The notes: a model not told the origin generated them from the sequence alone. Positions 1-9,764 are shown, counted from the stretch's first letter. The stretch: DNA of 60,293 nucleotides from a virus (IMGVR_UViG_3300044796_000664:1-60293), one strand, 5' to 3'. Numbers and translations are program-made.

Positions 1-651
1 TCAGGTCGCCGGTTTGCCGGGCGCGGCAGGAGGCGAGCCCGGCGTCAGTTTCGCGCGCAGCGCCTGCAGCTGCCCGATGGCGTCATTGATCAGCTGGAGC
101 TGGTCACGGGCCTTGTCCTGCACCCCCGACTGAGTAAGGCAGAGTCCCGCCGTCTGGTTCACCTGCCGCGCTTCCACAGGCAGGATATTGAGGGCTCTCC
201 CAACGGCCCTCGCGGTGTGAGCCGCGGCGATCCCGCGGTCGGTCGGATACTTCATGCGCCGGGCCACGGCAGCGACATCGTCCACGTCCATCAGCTGATC
301 GGTGACCTGATTGGACGCCTCTCGCAGGGTCTCGATGCAGTCGAGCGTTTGCGGATCGCCGGTGGCGTTCAGTTGCGTGACGCCTCCGCCTTCGGAATCC
401 GTCAAGGCCCGGGTGAGGTCGAACGACCGCTTGTGGAGCGCGTCGAGAGCCTTGACGTCGCGCGCCTGGACCGCGGCCGCCGACGCCGCTCCGCAGCCGA
501 GGCCCAGAATCGCGCAGGCGGCGAGCGCGGCGCCCGCCGCATGTCCCGCCGCGCGTTGGCGCTTGCTCGTCCGGTTATCCACCTTCGCCCCCTGCCTTGG
601 CTTTCCCCGAGGAGTTTCCCGAAACATGGCGCAAATACGCAAGGCGTCCAA
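1..651 (-). CDS. Hypothetical exported protein (true start probably downstream of 651)
   Basis: 216-aa ORF with a hydrophobic signal-like segment (AAGAALAACAILGLGCGAASAAA) followed by a helical domain with two Cys. Confidence 0.55.
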   Translation of the reverse strand: MDALRICAMFRETPRGKPRQGAKVDNRTSKRQRAAGHAAGAALAACAILGLGCGAASAAAVQARDVKALDALHKRSFDLTRALTDSEGGGVTQLNATGDPQTLDCIETLREASNQVTDQLMDVDDVAAVARRMKYPTDRGIAAAHTARAVGRALNILPVEARQVNQTAGLCLTQSGVQDKARDQLQLINDAIGQLQALRAKLTPGSPPAAPGKPAT

Positions 652-1182
652 GTCGATCCGAGGCCTCGAGCTTGAGCCGCCCGAAGAGGGGTGTTGTCAC
701 GCCGATGATGAACACTGCAAGACTTCGGTTCGCTTGTCCCCGTCGAAGGGCCACGGCGTAGACGTGTTGCTTATCTTCCCCTTGGCGCGCCAAGGCCCGC
801 CTGATCTGGGTCAATGCCAGCCGAGTTGGCCAGCGCAATCACAGATCCCGGCGGCTCCGCGCCTTGAGCCGTCGTTGGACTGGAGCGCAAGCGATGAGCC
901 TCCTCGGTTTCGCGACCGACGCCTCGGTCGCGAGGGCGTCCGCGGCGCCTGTCTTGGCGGTCGGCGGCCCGGTGGTCCGCGTGGCGCGGACAGATCCGGT
1001 CGGCGTCACTTCGAGCGGCGCGGCGCGATTCCATGACGCGGACCGCCCGGCGGACCTCCGCCGACGCGCGGGCGCTCGATGCTTTGAAGCACCTTGGCCC
1101 GGGCGAGGGGCGATGGGAGAATGACGATGGGTGAGACACTGTCTCCCGCCGATCCTCAATCCGATGGGGAGGACTCCGCCGC

Positions 1183-2205
1183 ATGAGCCACGTGCTGGTT
1201 TCCTACAAGCGCGAAGACGAGCAGCGCGTGGCGCTCTTGGTGGAGGCCTTGCGCGCGCACGGGCTGGATGTGTGGTGGGACCAGCGCCTGCCCGGCGGCG
1301 AATCCTGGCGCGAGAACATCTCCTCGGCCCTGGAGGAGGCCGGCTGCGTGGTGGTGGTCTGGACGCGCAATTCGGTCGGTCCCGAGGGCGGCTTCGTACG
1401 CGACGAGGCTAGCCGGGCCAAGGCGCGCGGCGTGCTGGTGCCGATCCGGATGGACGATGTGGCGCCGCCGCTGGGCTTCGGCGAACTGCAGGCTATCGAT
1501 CTGCGCCGCTGGAAGGGCGCGGCCAAGGATCCGTTCCTGCTCGACCTCGTCGCCGCCTGCCACGCCAAGCTGGCCGGTCAGCCCGTTCCCCCGGCCAAGG
1601 GCCCCGCCGCTCGGCTGATCCAGCGCGCGCGCAACGGCTCGATCACCGCGGCGCTGCTGGCGGCCATCTGGAGCATGGTCACCAACTACACTGGCGTTCA
1701 GGACAAGGTCTGCACCATTCCCATGCCCCAGCCGGCCCTGTCGGACACCTGCGGCGCCTTGGGTGTCGGCCATAGGCCCAGCCAGGCCGAGCGGCTCGCC
1801 TGGGCGGCGCGCACGCCCGGCAGCTGCGCCGACCTGCGCGCGCACATCGCCCGGTTCCCGAACGGCGCCTACCGCTCCATGGCCGCCGACCTGCTGGCGG
1901 CGGTGACCACGAACCGCGCCGCGCAATATGCGCCCAGTCCGCGGACCGCGCGGGGATATGTCCGCCAGTCCGAGCACGGCTTCGGCTCGGCCGCCGCCGC
2001 CCAAGCCGACGCGCGCACGCGCGCGCAGGTCGACGCGACCAGCCTCTGCGCGCCCCTCGACGCCAACGAGCGGCTGACAGGTGTGCGGGTCGCGCCCCTC
2101 GCCTTTGACTGCCGGAGCGGCGGCGAAGGCGGACGGATCTGCGCGCTCGATTATTCGGCGACCTGCCTCATCGAGAGCCATCCGCTGGTCGAGCGATGCG
2201 GATGA
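1183..2205 (+). CDS. TIR-domain protein with central TM helix and Cys-containing C-terminal domain
   Basis: N-terminal VLVSYKRED...VWWD...CVVVVWTRNS...FVRDEA matches TIR_2 including the catalytic Glu; TM ITAALLAAIWSMV; GGAGG RBS upstream. Confidence 0.85.
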   Translation: MSHVLVSYKREDEQRVALLVEALRAHGLDVWWDQRLPGGESWRENISSALEEAGCVVVVWTRNSVGPEGGFVRDEASRAKARGVLVPIRMDDVAPPLGFGELQAIDLRRWKGAAKDPFLLDLVAACHAKLAGQPVPPAKGPAARLIQRARNGSITAALLAAIWSMVTNYTGVQDKVCTIPMPQPALSDTCGALGVGHRPSQAERLAWAARTPGSCADLRAHIARFPNGAYRSMAADLLAAVTTNRAAQYAPSPRTARGYVRQSEHGFGSAAAAQADARTRAQVDATSLCAPLDANERLTGVRVAPLAFDCRSGGEGGRICALDYSATCLIESHPLVERCG

Positions 2206-2238
2206 CCTTCGCCCGCGGCGTCGCGCCGGCCGACAGCA

Positions 2239-4242
2239 TTGCACGCACCATCCTGCGTTGGCAGGGTGTCGGCGCTGAGCGCTAGGGCGGCCTGGGTGAC
2301 GCTGATCCCGCCCGAGATCGCGCACTGGGCCTTGCCGGCCCTGGCCGCTTGGGCGGGGCTCTGGCTCGCCTGGCTGGCGGTCCGCAATCCGCTGCGGTTG
2401 AGGTGGATAGCGCTGAAGGGCGACCATCTGGTGATCGCCGGCGACGAGGGCCTGGCCGCGCGCGTCGCCGCGAGGGCGCGGGCCGCGAGACAAAGGGTGA
2501 TCCTCTGGACATCGAAGGGGGGCGAGCGCTGGGTGCGCCGCGCCGCCAATCGCGGGGCGCCTCATGCGTCGCAGCGGCGGGCGGGCGGCGGGCTTGCGCG
2601 CCTGGGACTGGCGCGGGCGCGCGGTGTGCTCGTCGCCGGCGGCGACGATTCCGAGAACATCCGCCTCGCGCAGGCGGCGGCGGACGAGGCGAACCGGGTC
2701 CGTCCGCCTGGCGATCCGCTCGAGGTGATCGCCCGGGTGGACGACATCGACCTGCAGGCCTCGCTCAGGGCCCGCCTGGCGGCCGAGGCGCGCCATCAGG
2801 GCGCGCGCCTGCGCTTCGCTTCGGTTCCGGATATCACCGCCCGGGCGCTCTTCGTCAGCCAGTCGCTGGACCGGTTCACCCGTGTCGGCCAGGCCGGGCG
2901 CCTGGTGTTCCTGTTGAATTTCTCGCCCGTGCTGGAGCGGCTGGCGCTGCGCATGATCGTCGGCGCGCATTTTCGCGACGGCGTGCGGCCGGCGTTCGTG
3001 GTTCTCGACCCCGCGGCGGGTCGAAAGCGCGAAGTCTTCCTGGCGCGGAATCCGGGTGCCGAGGGCTTGGCGCGGATGGCTTTCGAGGAAGCGCCGGTCG
3101 ACCGGCCCGCCGAGGTCGGGGGCGCCCTCGCCTCGGCGATCGAGCGACATGGCCGGCCGACGCTGATCCTCGTCGATCCCGCCGACGCCGCCCGCGCTCC
3201 GTGGATCGGCGCCGCCGCGACCGCCTATTTTGGCCAGCGCGACGAGCCCTGCCCACCGGTGCATGCGCACATGCCGGGCGAACCGGACGCGAGCCAAGGC
3301 TGCAGCCTGTTCTCGTTCGGCGGCCTCGACCGGCTGGCGACGCCTGAACTTCTGCTGCAGGAGGAGAGCGATCTGTTGGCCCGTTCGGTGCACGAGTTCT
3401 ACCTCGAAGGGCAGCTGGACAAGGGCGACCAGATCGGCGCGCGATCATCGATGTACGAGTGGAGCGATCTGCCGGAGGTGGTGCGTGACGACAATCGCCT
3501 GGTCGCCGACTGCTATACGCTCAAGCTGCGCGACATCGGCGCGCGGCTGGCCGTCGGCGAGGCGGAGAGCCTGACCTTCGAGGGCGACGAACTCGAACAG
3601 CTGGCGCGCGCCGAGCATGAGCGCTGGATGGCCGCCCGGCGGGCGGAGGGCTGGGTCTACGGCCAGACCCGCGACGACGCGGCCAAGCGCCATCCGATGA
3701 TCGTCGCCTATGACGAGCTGACGGAGGAGGCCAAGGCGCTCGACCGCGAGCAGATCCGCATCATGGCGCGGCTGGTCCGCCAGGTCGGCCAGTGCGCGGT
3801 GCGTGATCTGGTGGTCGCCATCGATGTCGCGGGCGGGGATGGAACGGCGCTCGCCGCGGGGATGGGGGCGGCGGTGGCGGAGCTTGAGCGGCGCTATCCG
3901 GATCGCGCCATCGTCCTGCGGGGCTCCTTCGACAGCCCGGCCGCGCGGGCGGCGATGATGGCCGGCGCGAAGGCCGGCGCCTTCGTCCAGCTGACCCTTT
4001 CCAGCAACGCCGACCGTGTCCTCGACGGCCTCGACCGCGCGGCGCGCGCCGAGGCCCGGCAACTCTACCGAGCCTCCGATCGGTGGTTCGCCTTTTCCGG
4101 CGCGGATGGGGCCGAGGCCCGCCGTCGGGATTTCCTTCTGACCCAGGCGGAGGCGCGGATCGCCGCCGCCGACGCTGGTCCCAGCGGGCTGCCGACCATC
4201 ACCCTGGTCGGCCACGCCGCAAAGTTCGTGGGATCATCATGA
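2239..4242 (+). CDS. TrkA-N-like + RyR-domain protein, possible SLOG-like C-terminus; start uncertain
   Basis: RyR repeat motif LARAEHERWMAARRAEGWVYG...AKRHPMIVAYDELTEEAKALDR; HLVIAG Rossmann-like start; no ATG start. Confidence 0.75.
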   Translation: MHAPSCVGRVSALSARAAWVTLIPPEIAHWALPALAAWAGLWLAWLAVRNPLRLRWIALKGDHLVIAGDEGLAARVAARARAARQRVILWTSKGGERWVRRAANRGAPHASQRRAGGGLARLGLARARGVLVAGGDDSENIRLAQAAADEANRVRPPGDPLEVIARVDDIDLQASLRARLAAEARHQGARLRFASVPDITARALFVSQSLDRFTRVGQAGRLVFLLNFSPVLERLALRMIVGAHFRDGVRPAFVVLDPAAGRKREVFLARNPGAEGLARMAFEEAPVDRPAEVGGALASAIERHGRPTLILVDPADAARAPWIGAAATAYFGQRDEPCPPVHAHMPGEPDASQGCSLFSFGGLDRLATPELLLQEESDLLARSVHEFYLEGQLDKGDQIGARSSMYEWSDLPEVVRDDNRLVADCYTLKLRDIGARLAVGEAESLTFEGDELEQLARAEHERWMAARRAEGWVYGQTRDDAAKRHPMIVAYDELTEEAKALDREQIRIMARLVRQVGQCAVRDLVVAIDVAGGDGTALAAGMGAAVAELERRYPDRAIVLRGSFDSPAARAAMMAGAKAGAFVQLTLSSNADRVLDGLDRAARAEARQLYRASDRWFAFSGADGAEARRRDFLLTQAEARIAAADAGPSGLPTITLVGHAAKFVGSS

Positions 4243-4901
4243 CGGCGGCCCGCTGGGTCCTGACGGTCGTGATGGAAGTCGGCGCGGCCGTCTTGCCGCT
4301 CGTTCGCGGCGCGCGCCGTAAGCCTGGCGTCTTCTCGGGCCTGCTCAAGTGCGGCTGGTGCGGGGCGTCCTACACCGCCTACCAGCGCCAATATCTGATC
4401 CGCGCCGCCTACCGCGAGAAAGGTCCCACCGCGTGCACGAACAGCCGCACCGTTCGCCGGCCGGACGTGGAGGCGCGCGCTGGAGGGCCTGCGCAGCCGC
4501 GTGCTCGCCCCGGGGACGCGGTGGCGGCCTACTTGCGCGCCTATCATGCCGCATGGGCCGAGGAAGACGCGACCGGCGACGCCCTATCGAACGCCGCATC
4601 GCCGAGCTGACCCGCGGCGTTGAGCGCACTGTCGACATGATCCTGGCCGGCGCGCCCGAGCCAGTCACCCTGCACCCGAGGGCGCCAGAGGCCTACAGCG
4701 GCCTGGCGGGGCGCCTGCAGGAGACCCTTGTGGAAGCCTTGTGGAGGACCGCGCCCTGGTCACCAGGATCGCCATCCATCCCAAAGGCGAACGCCGCGAC
4801 CATGGCTTCAACCTGATCGTGCATGGCGATCTCGCCCACTTCATTGAACCTACCCCTGACCCCCGCAAAGTGGGGGGGGGTCAGGTGGTAGCTGGGGGCG
4901 G
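4239..4901 (+). pseudogene. Frameshifted C-terminal remnant of a large serine recombinase from an older element
   Basis: RRKPGVFSGLLKCGWCGASYT, AVAAYLRAYHAA, ERRIAEL, LIVHGDLA and VVAGGG spread over three frames; all align with the intact integrase at 58677-60293. Confidence 0.85.
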
Positions 4902-4906
4902 AATCG
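4884..4906. repeat. Left attachment site (att core; displaced tRNA 3' end)
   Basis: GGTGGTAGCTGGGGGCGGaATCG matches 60248-60270 at 22/23 nt. Confidence 0.9.
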
Positions 4907-5120
4907 TTCGCTGGCAACCCAGCCCTCCGTCAGTCGCCCGCGTGCGGCTCTAGCGGCCGCGGGAATCTAACCCAGCGACATTCAGCTTGGGAAGCGGGAT
5001 GTCTGGCCGAAGGATCAACGGCTTGGCTGTAAACAGGCCGAATCCTGGCCCCAACGAAATCAACAGCTTACGATGGGGATGTAAACGCCTGAGCGGCTCT
5101 AGCTCAAGGCGGCCCCAGTA

Positions 5121-5135
5121 GAACATGGTGTGAAC
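5121..5135 (+). promoter_or_regulatory. Alphaproteobacterial LexA (SOS) box
   Basis: GAAC-ATGGTGT-GAAC = GAAC-N7-GAAC, ~80 bp upstream of the small ORF at 5213. Confidence 0.6.
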
Positions 5136-5212
5136 ATTGCCAGCGGATGATTCGCAGTTCATGTCAGTGGGGTCGACGCTCCTGTCGACACAACAGAAGG
5201 GACCCTGGTCCA

Positions 5213-5341
5213 ATGACTACTGGAAAGAAGCCCGCCTCCGATGCGGGCCGGATCTTGAGCAACCCCCATTCGACGCCCAAGCAGAAAGAGGTTGCCGCCT
5301 CTGATCTGGCTGGGCGCCGCGGGGCCACCAAAAAGAAGTAG
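5213..5341 (+). CDS. Small basic protein (42 aa)
   Basis: MTTGKKPASDAGRILSNPHSTPKQKEVAASDLAGRRGATKKK; AGAAGGGA RBS-like sequence; terminator follows. Confidence 0.6.
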   Translation: MTTGKKPASDAGRILSNPHSTPKQKEVAASDLAGRRGATKKK

Positions 5342-5367
5342 CCGACTAGCTTAGCAGTGCCGACTGG

Positions 5368-5401
5368 CAGCGCCCTGGGGTCAGCCCTCGGGGCGCTGTT
5401 T
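5368..5401 (+). terminator. Intrinsic terminator
   Basis: CAGCGCCC...GGGCGCTG hairpin followed by TTT. Confidence 0.6.
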
Positions 5402-5483
5402 CGTTAGAATCCCATCGCGCCGCCTCGTCAAGTATCCGCTCCAAAGGCGACCGCGGCCTCCTGCCAGCGATCTATCAATGATC

Positions 5484-6014
5484 CTAAGGGTGTCCTGCGA
5501 CAGGCGGAAATGCATCGTCAACAGCGGCGCGGACGGTTTTCGCCAGCGGAGAAGCCAACTGAACCAGGAGGTATCCCAGGACGATCAGCCCCAGTCCCGC
5601 GATCAAGCCGCGCCAGGCTTCTTTGATGATCCACCCGACCGCGCTCAGCACTCGCTCAACCGGCCGGATGGCTCCCGTGAGCGTCTGGACCGCCGCCGCA
5701 AGCGACTGATTGCGCACATAGGTCTTTAGCGCGTCGTGGCTTTCACGTTGTAGGCGGTCCAAGTCCCCCGCCGTGCACTGATCCCAAAGCGCCCATGTCG
5801 CCTGTTCATCCAGGGGTTGGTCCTTTAGTCGGACACGTTCTTCGGCCAACCATCGATCTTCGACGAAGCGGCCGGCCATCACCAACCACTCGGTCCGGTC
5901 CATCTGCTCCGATCTGACCAAGAAACGATCGCGGACTTCCCCGTAGGGCACCGGACGATGGTCCTGCGGCTGCGGCCGAGGATCCTTCTTTGAACGCCTG
6001 GAAGCCCGGCTCAA
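5484..6014 (-). CDS. Hypothetical membrane protein (moron)
   Basis: 176-aa ORF with C-terminal TM (LIAGLGLIVLGYLLVQL); lower GC; overlaps the upstream gene by 4 nt. Confidence 0.6.
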   Translation of the reverse strand: MSRASRRSKKDPRPQPQDHRPVPYGEVRDRFLVRSEQMDRTEWLVMAGRFVEDRWLAEERVRLKDQPLDEQATWALWDQCTAGDLDRLQRESHDALKTYVRNQSLAAAVQTLTGAIRPVERVLSAVGWIIKEAWRGLIAGLGLIVLGYLLVQLASPLAKTVRAAVDDAFPPVAGHP

Positions 6015-6238
6015 GCAGCTTTGGCGCGGCGACGAATCTCGCGTTGCGCATCCAGCTCGGCCTGATAGACGCCGGCCTTAATGAGCCGAAGCCGCGCCTG
6101 CTCAGCCGCTTCCCGGAGCCGGGCTCGATCGCTCGCCGACATGGCATAGGTATCGTCCGGCTGCCGCCATACCAACGAGAAGAAGCCATTGATTAGCTTG
6201 GTCATTCCGGTCCCGGTCTTCATCACTGCCCTGGTCAT
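6011..6238 (-). CDS. Small hypothetical protein (moron)
   Basis: Translationally coupled to 5484-6014; start uncertain. Confidence 0.5.
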   Translation of the reverse strand: MTRAVMKTGTGMTKLINGFFSLVWRQPDDTYAMSASDRARLREAAEQARLRLIKAGVYQAELDAQREIRRRAKAA

Positions 6239-6450
6239 TTGGTCTCGCCAGAGCTGGGTCCACTCAATGCAGCCATGGCGCGAAATTGTCAATCGCTATG
6301 CCAACTCAGTCGTCAATATGGCCCTAACGCCGCCAATTTGCGAGCTTGTCGCATGATGATGTGTCATCCGCTCTCGCGGCGCCTTGTGCAAGATCAAGAG
6401 CGGACAGGCACTGAGGTCGTGTGTCGCGCCTACCATCCTCGCCAAACGCA

Positions 6451-6479
6451 AAAACGGCCCCCGGCGTGAGCCGGAGGCC
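6451..6479 (-). terminator. Terminator at end of late operon
   Basis: Minus strand GGCCTCCGGC-TCAC-GCCGGGGGCC followed by GTTTT. Confidence 0.6.
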
Positions 6480-6511
6480 AGGATCCGCGCAGAGGGAGTG
6501 GGCGCGGGGTT

Positions 6512-7363
6512 CTACAGCAGCAGGGCCGGCGCGGCGGCCGGCGTCAAGTTCACGCCCTTGCCGATCAGCAGCTCGGGGACGGCCGCGCCGCGTTCGGCGT
6601 CGCCGATGGAATAGCGGGTCTCGACGGGCAGGAGGTCCGCCCAGGCGAACGCGGTTCGCGTCTCGGGCACGTCGTTGATCGACAGCAGGAAGCGACCTTG
6701 CAGGCCCTCGAGGGCCTGGGCCAGGCGCTCGAAGTCGGCGCGGGCGAACAGGCCGGAGCCGTAGTCGCCTTCCGAGCCCCAGTATGGCGGATCGAGATAG
6801 AACAGCGTCCCTGGCCGGTCATAGCGCGGCAGGAAGTCCGCCCAGTCCAGGTGCTCGATGATCACGCCACCCAGCCGCTGATGGATCCGCTCGAGCCTCG
6901 GCTCCAGGCGCGCCAGGTCGAAGGCCATCGGCTGGGTTGGGTCGACGCCGAATGTGCGGCCGGCGACCTTGCCGGCGTAGGCCAGGCGCTGCAGGTAGAG
7001 GAAGCGGGCCGCGCGCTCGATGTCGGTCAAGTCCTGGATCCGCGCGCCCTTCAGCCGGTCGAACTCCACCCGCATGGCCGGCCGCCAGCGCAGCTCGCGC
7101 AGCAGCGCCCGATCATGGCGCTGGAGCACGCGGAACAGGTTCACCACGTCGCCCGAGGCGTCGTTGATCACCTCGACGCGCGGACGCTGGGCGCGGCGCA
7201 GGAACACCCCGCCCATGCCCACGAAGGGCTCGGCATAGGCGTCATGGGCCGTGGCGGCCAGGATGGCGCAGATCCGGCGCGCCAGGTGGCGCTTGCCGCC
7301 GATCCAGGGCGCAGGCGGGTCGGCCGGGGTGACCGGAATCAGGTCGGGGATTGGGCTGTCCAT
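6512..7363 (-). CDS. Dam-family (D12 class) N6-adenine DNA methyltransferase
   Basis: WIGGK, YAEPFVGMGGV, EVIND and FYLDPPY motifs. Confidence 0.92.
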   Translation of the reverse strand: MDSPIPDLIPVTPADPPAPWIGGKRHLARRICAILAATAHDAYAEPFVGMGGVFLRRAQRPRVEVINDASGDVVNLFRVLQRHDRALLRELRWRPAMRVEFDRLKGARIQDLTDIERAARFLYLQRLAYAGKVAGRTFGVDPTQPMAFDLARLEPRLERIHQRLGGVIIEHLDWADFLPRYDRPGTLFYLDPPYWGSEGDYGSGLFARADFERLAQALEGLQGRFLLSINDVPETRTAFAWADLLPVETRYSIGDAERGAAVPELLIGKGVNLTPAAAPALLL

Positions 7364-7510
7364 TGCGCAGGGTCTCTCTCGCACGATAGGAAACCGCCGC
7401 GCTCGCGAGCGTGGGGCGGCGACCGGGCCGGACGGCCGACGGTCAGTCGTGCGAGGGGGGACCTCGCGGTTCGGCGCGCGCCAACGCGCCGGACCCGCTC
7501 TCGGGCGGGC

Positions 7511-7933
7511 TTAGCCGACGGGATCTGAGGTCCGTCGCGGCCGGCCGGCGTGGGGCGGCGCCGGCGGGTCGAAGCTGCGCTCCTCCATGCGGCGGAGGGA
7601 GTGCTTGATCTCGTCGAGCTGGGTGGTGACCAGGCGGTCCAGGCCCTTGACCTGTTCCGCCAGGATCTGAATCTCGTTGACGGCCGAGGTGACGCGCTTG
7701 ATCTCCTCTTCCTGGGTCTTCAGCTGCCTGGACTGCTCCGCCAACTGGCTGGACAGGGAGCTGACGGTCTCGATCGAGACGTGGGTCTCGCCATGGCGGG
7801 TGAAGGCCTCATCCAGGGCGTCCAGCCGCGCGCTCTCGGCGCCGCGTATCTTCGCTGCGCCCCAAAGCGCCGTCACCCACCCAATGGCCGCCGCCCCAAT
7901 GGCGCCCGCGCTCAACCACCCCTCTGGACTCAT
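7511..7933 (-). CDS. Membrane-anchored coiled-coil protein (lysis-region)
   Basis: N-terminal TM followed by heptad-rich region. Confidence 0.7.
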   Translation of the reverse strand: MSPEGWLSAGAIGAAAIGWVTALWGAAKIRGAESARLDALDEAFTRHGETHVSIETVSSLSSQLAEQSRQLKTQEEEIKRVTSAVNEIQILAEQVKGLDRLVTTQLDEIKHSLRRMEERSFDPPAPPHAGRPRRTSDPVG

Positions 7934-7953
7934 GCGTCAACCCCTCCCCTTGG

Positions 7954-8808
7954 TCAGTAGACAGATCGGACCGCTCTCACCACGGAGGGCGCGCGGGCTG
8001 TGGCGATGCTCTGCAGGCGGCGCCGGTAGTTCCAGATCATGTGGTCATCGACGGCTGTCAGGCGCTTGCGGAACGGCCACGCCAGCAGCGACCAGAGGTC
8101 GACCAGCACGCGCGGGATCAGCTCGCGGTCGCGGCGCAGCGCCTGGATGGGCGCGTCGCCTTTGAGCAGCCGAGGATCTCCGGTGTGGCGGAAGCCGTGC
8201 AGCGCCGGCGGGACGGCCGGCACCAGGTCCCACTGGTCGACCACGCGGTAGTGCGGACACTTCACCAGCTCGTCGAACCTCGCCGTGGCCACGCGCGGGC
8301 TGCCGAAGGTGTAGCAGGCCGCCAGGGTGTCGCGCTCGAACGCCGCGGCGCCGATCTGGGCCAGCGCGCCGCCCAGGGAATGGCCGGTGATGTAGAGGCC
8401 GAGGTCGGCCGGAATCCTGTCCACCAGAGCGCGCGCGGCGGTCTGGGCGGCGCTGAACGCCCGCCAGAAGCCCTCGTGAACCTCGATCCCGAGCGGGCCC
8501 GGCATCTCGATTGGCCGGGCGTCGAGGTCATAGCCCCAGTCGGCCAGGTCGGCGGTCCCGCGCCAGGCCAGCACCGCCAGCTGCCCCGGCGCGACCGCGA
8601 CGAAGCCGGCCACGCTCGCGGCGTTGAACGCCCCCACCAGCTGGAAGCCGCCGGCCTGGAGCAGCGCCGGAAGCTGACCCTGGTCCTGATAGGCCAGCTC
8701 CGCCAGCTCGGCCATCAGCAGCGCCGTGCGGTCCGAATAGGCCGCGCGCCAGGTCGGAGCCAGCCGGGCGTCATCGGGGCCGAGAGGCGCGGGAGCGGGG
8801 TCGGTCAC
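7954..8808 (-). CDS. Class 3 lipase (alpha/beta hydrolase)
   Basis: VLAWRGT, VHEGF, ITGHSLGGALA, YTFGSPRV, DLVPAVP and late DH give a complete Ser-Asp-His triad. Confidence 0.9.
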   Translation of the reverse strand: MTDPAPAPLGPDDARLAPTWRAAYSDRTALLMAELAELAYQDQGQLPALLQAGGFQLVGAFNAASVAGFVAVAPGQLAVLAWRGTADLADWGYDLDARPIEMPGPLGIEVHEGFWRAFSAAQTAARALVDRIPADLGLYITGHSLGGALAQIGAAAFERDTLAACYTFGSPRVATARFDELVKCPHYRVVDQWDLVPAVPPALHGFRHTGDPRLLKGDAPIQALRRDRELIPRVLVDLWSLLAWPFRKRLTAVDDHMIWNYRRRLQSIATARAPSVVRAVRSVY

Positions 8809-9143
8809 CGTGTCTCGCTTCCAGGGGCGCCCCGAACGTTCGGGCATGTCGCCCAAGTGAAGTCGCCGCCGCACTCGTTGACGCACTCGATAGCGCCACA
8901 ACCTCGCGCCTCCGTTGGCTCCAGCGGAATGGCCGGAAGACCCTCGAGCATATGCCGCACCATCGCCTCGGCCTGGGCGTAGCTGAGGAGGTTGGTCCCG
9001 ACCGGCTCATAGCGGTGGTTCCTCGGGTTCAGCCGCTTCGCCGCGTCGGCGTCGAACTCAATCCCGCAGTCCGGGCGGAAGTCCTCGGGCAGCCGCCAGC
9101 GGAGGAAGCGTTCGACCATGTGTTTGATCTGCTCGTCGGTCAT
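8805..9143 (-). CDS. Phage hypothetical protein
   Basis: MTDEQIKHMVERFLRWRLPEDFRPDCGI; coupled to neighbours. Confidence 0.65.
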   Translation of the reverse strand: MTDEQIKHMVERFLRWRLPEDFRPDCGIEFDADAAKRLNPRNHRYEPVGTNLLSYAQAEAMVRHMLEGLPAIPLEPTEARGCGAIECVNECGGDFTWATCPNVRGAPGSETR

Positions 9144-9145
9144 GA

Positions 9146-9754
9146 TCACCCGGCCTCGCTCAGGACGCCGTTGTGCAGGAAGCCATGCCAGCCGGGGATG
9201 CCGATCGATCCCGCGCCGGCCGCGCAGGTGTGGCCGTTCTTGTCGACGTGGAGCGAGCTGTCCTCTGGGCTGCCGTGGCGGACCCAGCACTTGTGCACGT
9301 TGTCGTCCGGCATCGTGCAATTGCTCGCGCGGCCGTCGATGCACCAGGTATGGCCGCCGGGAAGCTTCACATGCAGCGAGCGACCGTCCGGTCCGCACCA
9401 GGACCGGTCCTCATGCAGCCAATCCGCGTCCCACACCGCCCCGATCGGCGCTTCATCCAGGGTGAACTCCTGGGCGTTGTCGGCGCGGCAGTAGAGATGG
9501 CGGGCGAACAGCTGCCAGGAGTCAGTGTCAACGAACGGCCGCCCGCAACCCTCGCAGGCCTTGGGCCATCGCGGGTCGGCATGGTCCCAGAGATCGCCGG
9601 AGGTTTGAGCTCCGGCGATCACGTCGAGGAAGGCCTGGGCGTTGTGATAGCCGGATGCGCCCGGCATGCCTGGGCATGGACCCGTTGCATGCCGGCGCAG
9701 CCAGCGCTTCGAGCGCCCGGACGGCTCGACGAAGAACACGGGAGCGTGGACCAT
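9146..9754 (-). CDS. Cys/His-rich phage protein (putative metal-binding)
   Basis: CxxC plus HKCW and C-terminal GSI...WHGFLHNGVL. Confidence 0.7.
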   Translation of the reverse strand: MVHAPVFFVEPSGRSKRWLRRHATGPCPGMPGASGYHNAQAFLDVIAGAQTSGDLWDHADPRWPKACEGCGRPFVDTDSWQLFARHLYCRADNAQEFTLDEAPIGAVWDADWLHEDRSWCGPDGRSLHVKLPGGHTWCIDGRASNCTMPDDNVHKCWVRHGSPEDSSLHVDKNGHTCAAGAGSIGIPGWHGFLHNGVLSEAG

Positions 9755-9764
9755 GGGTCGATCC

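Noticed and set aside
4872-4880. G9 run as a phase-variation tract
   Set aside because: Lies in an already decayed pseudogene
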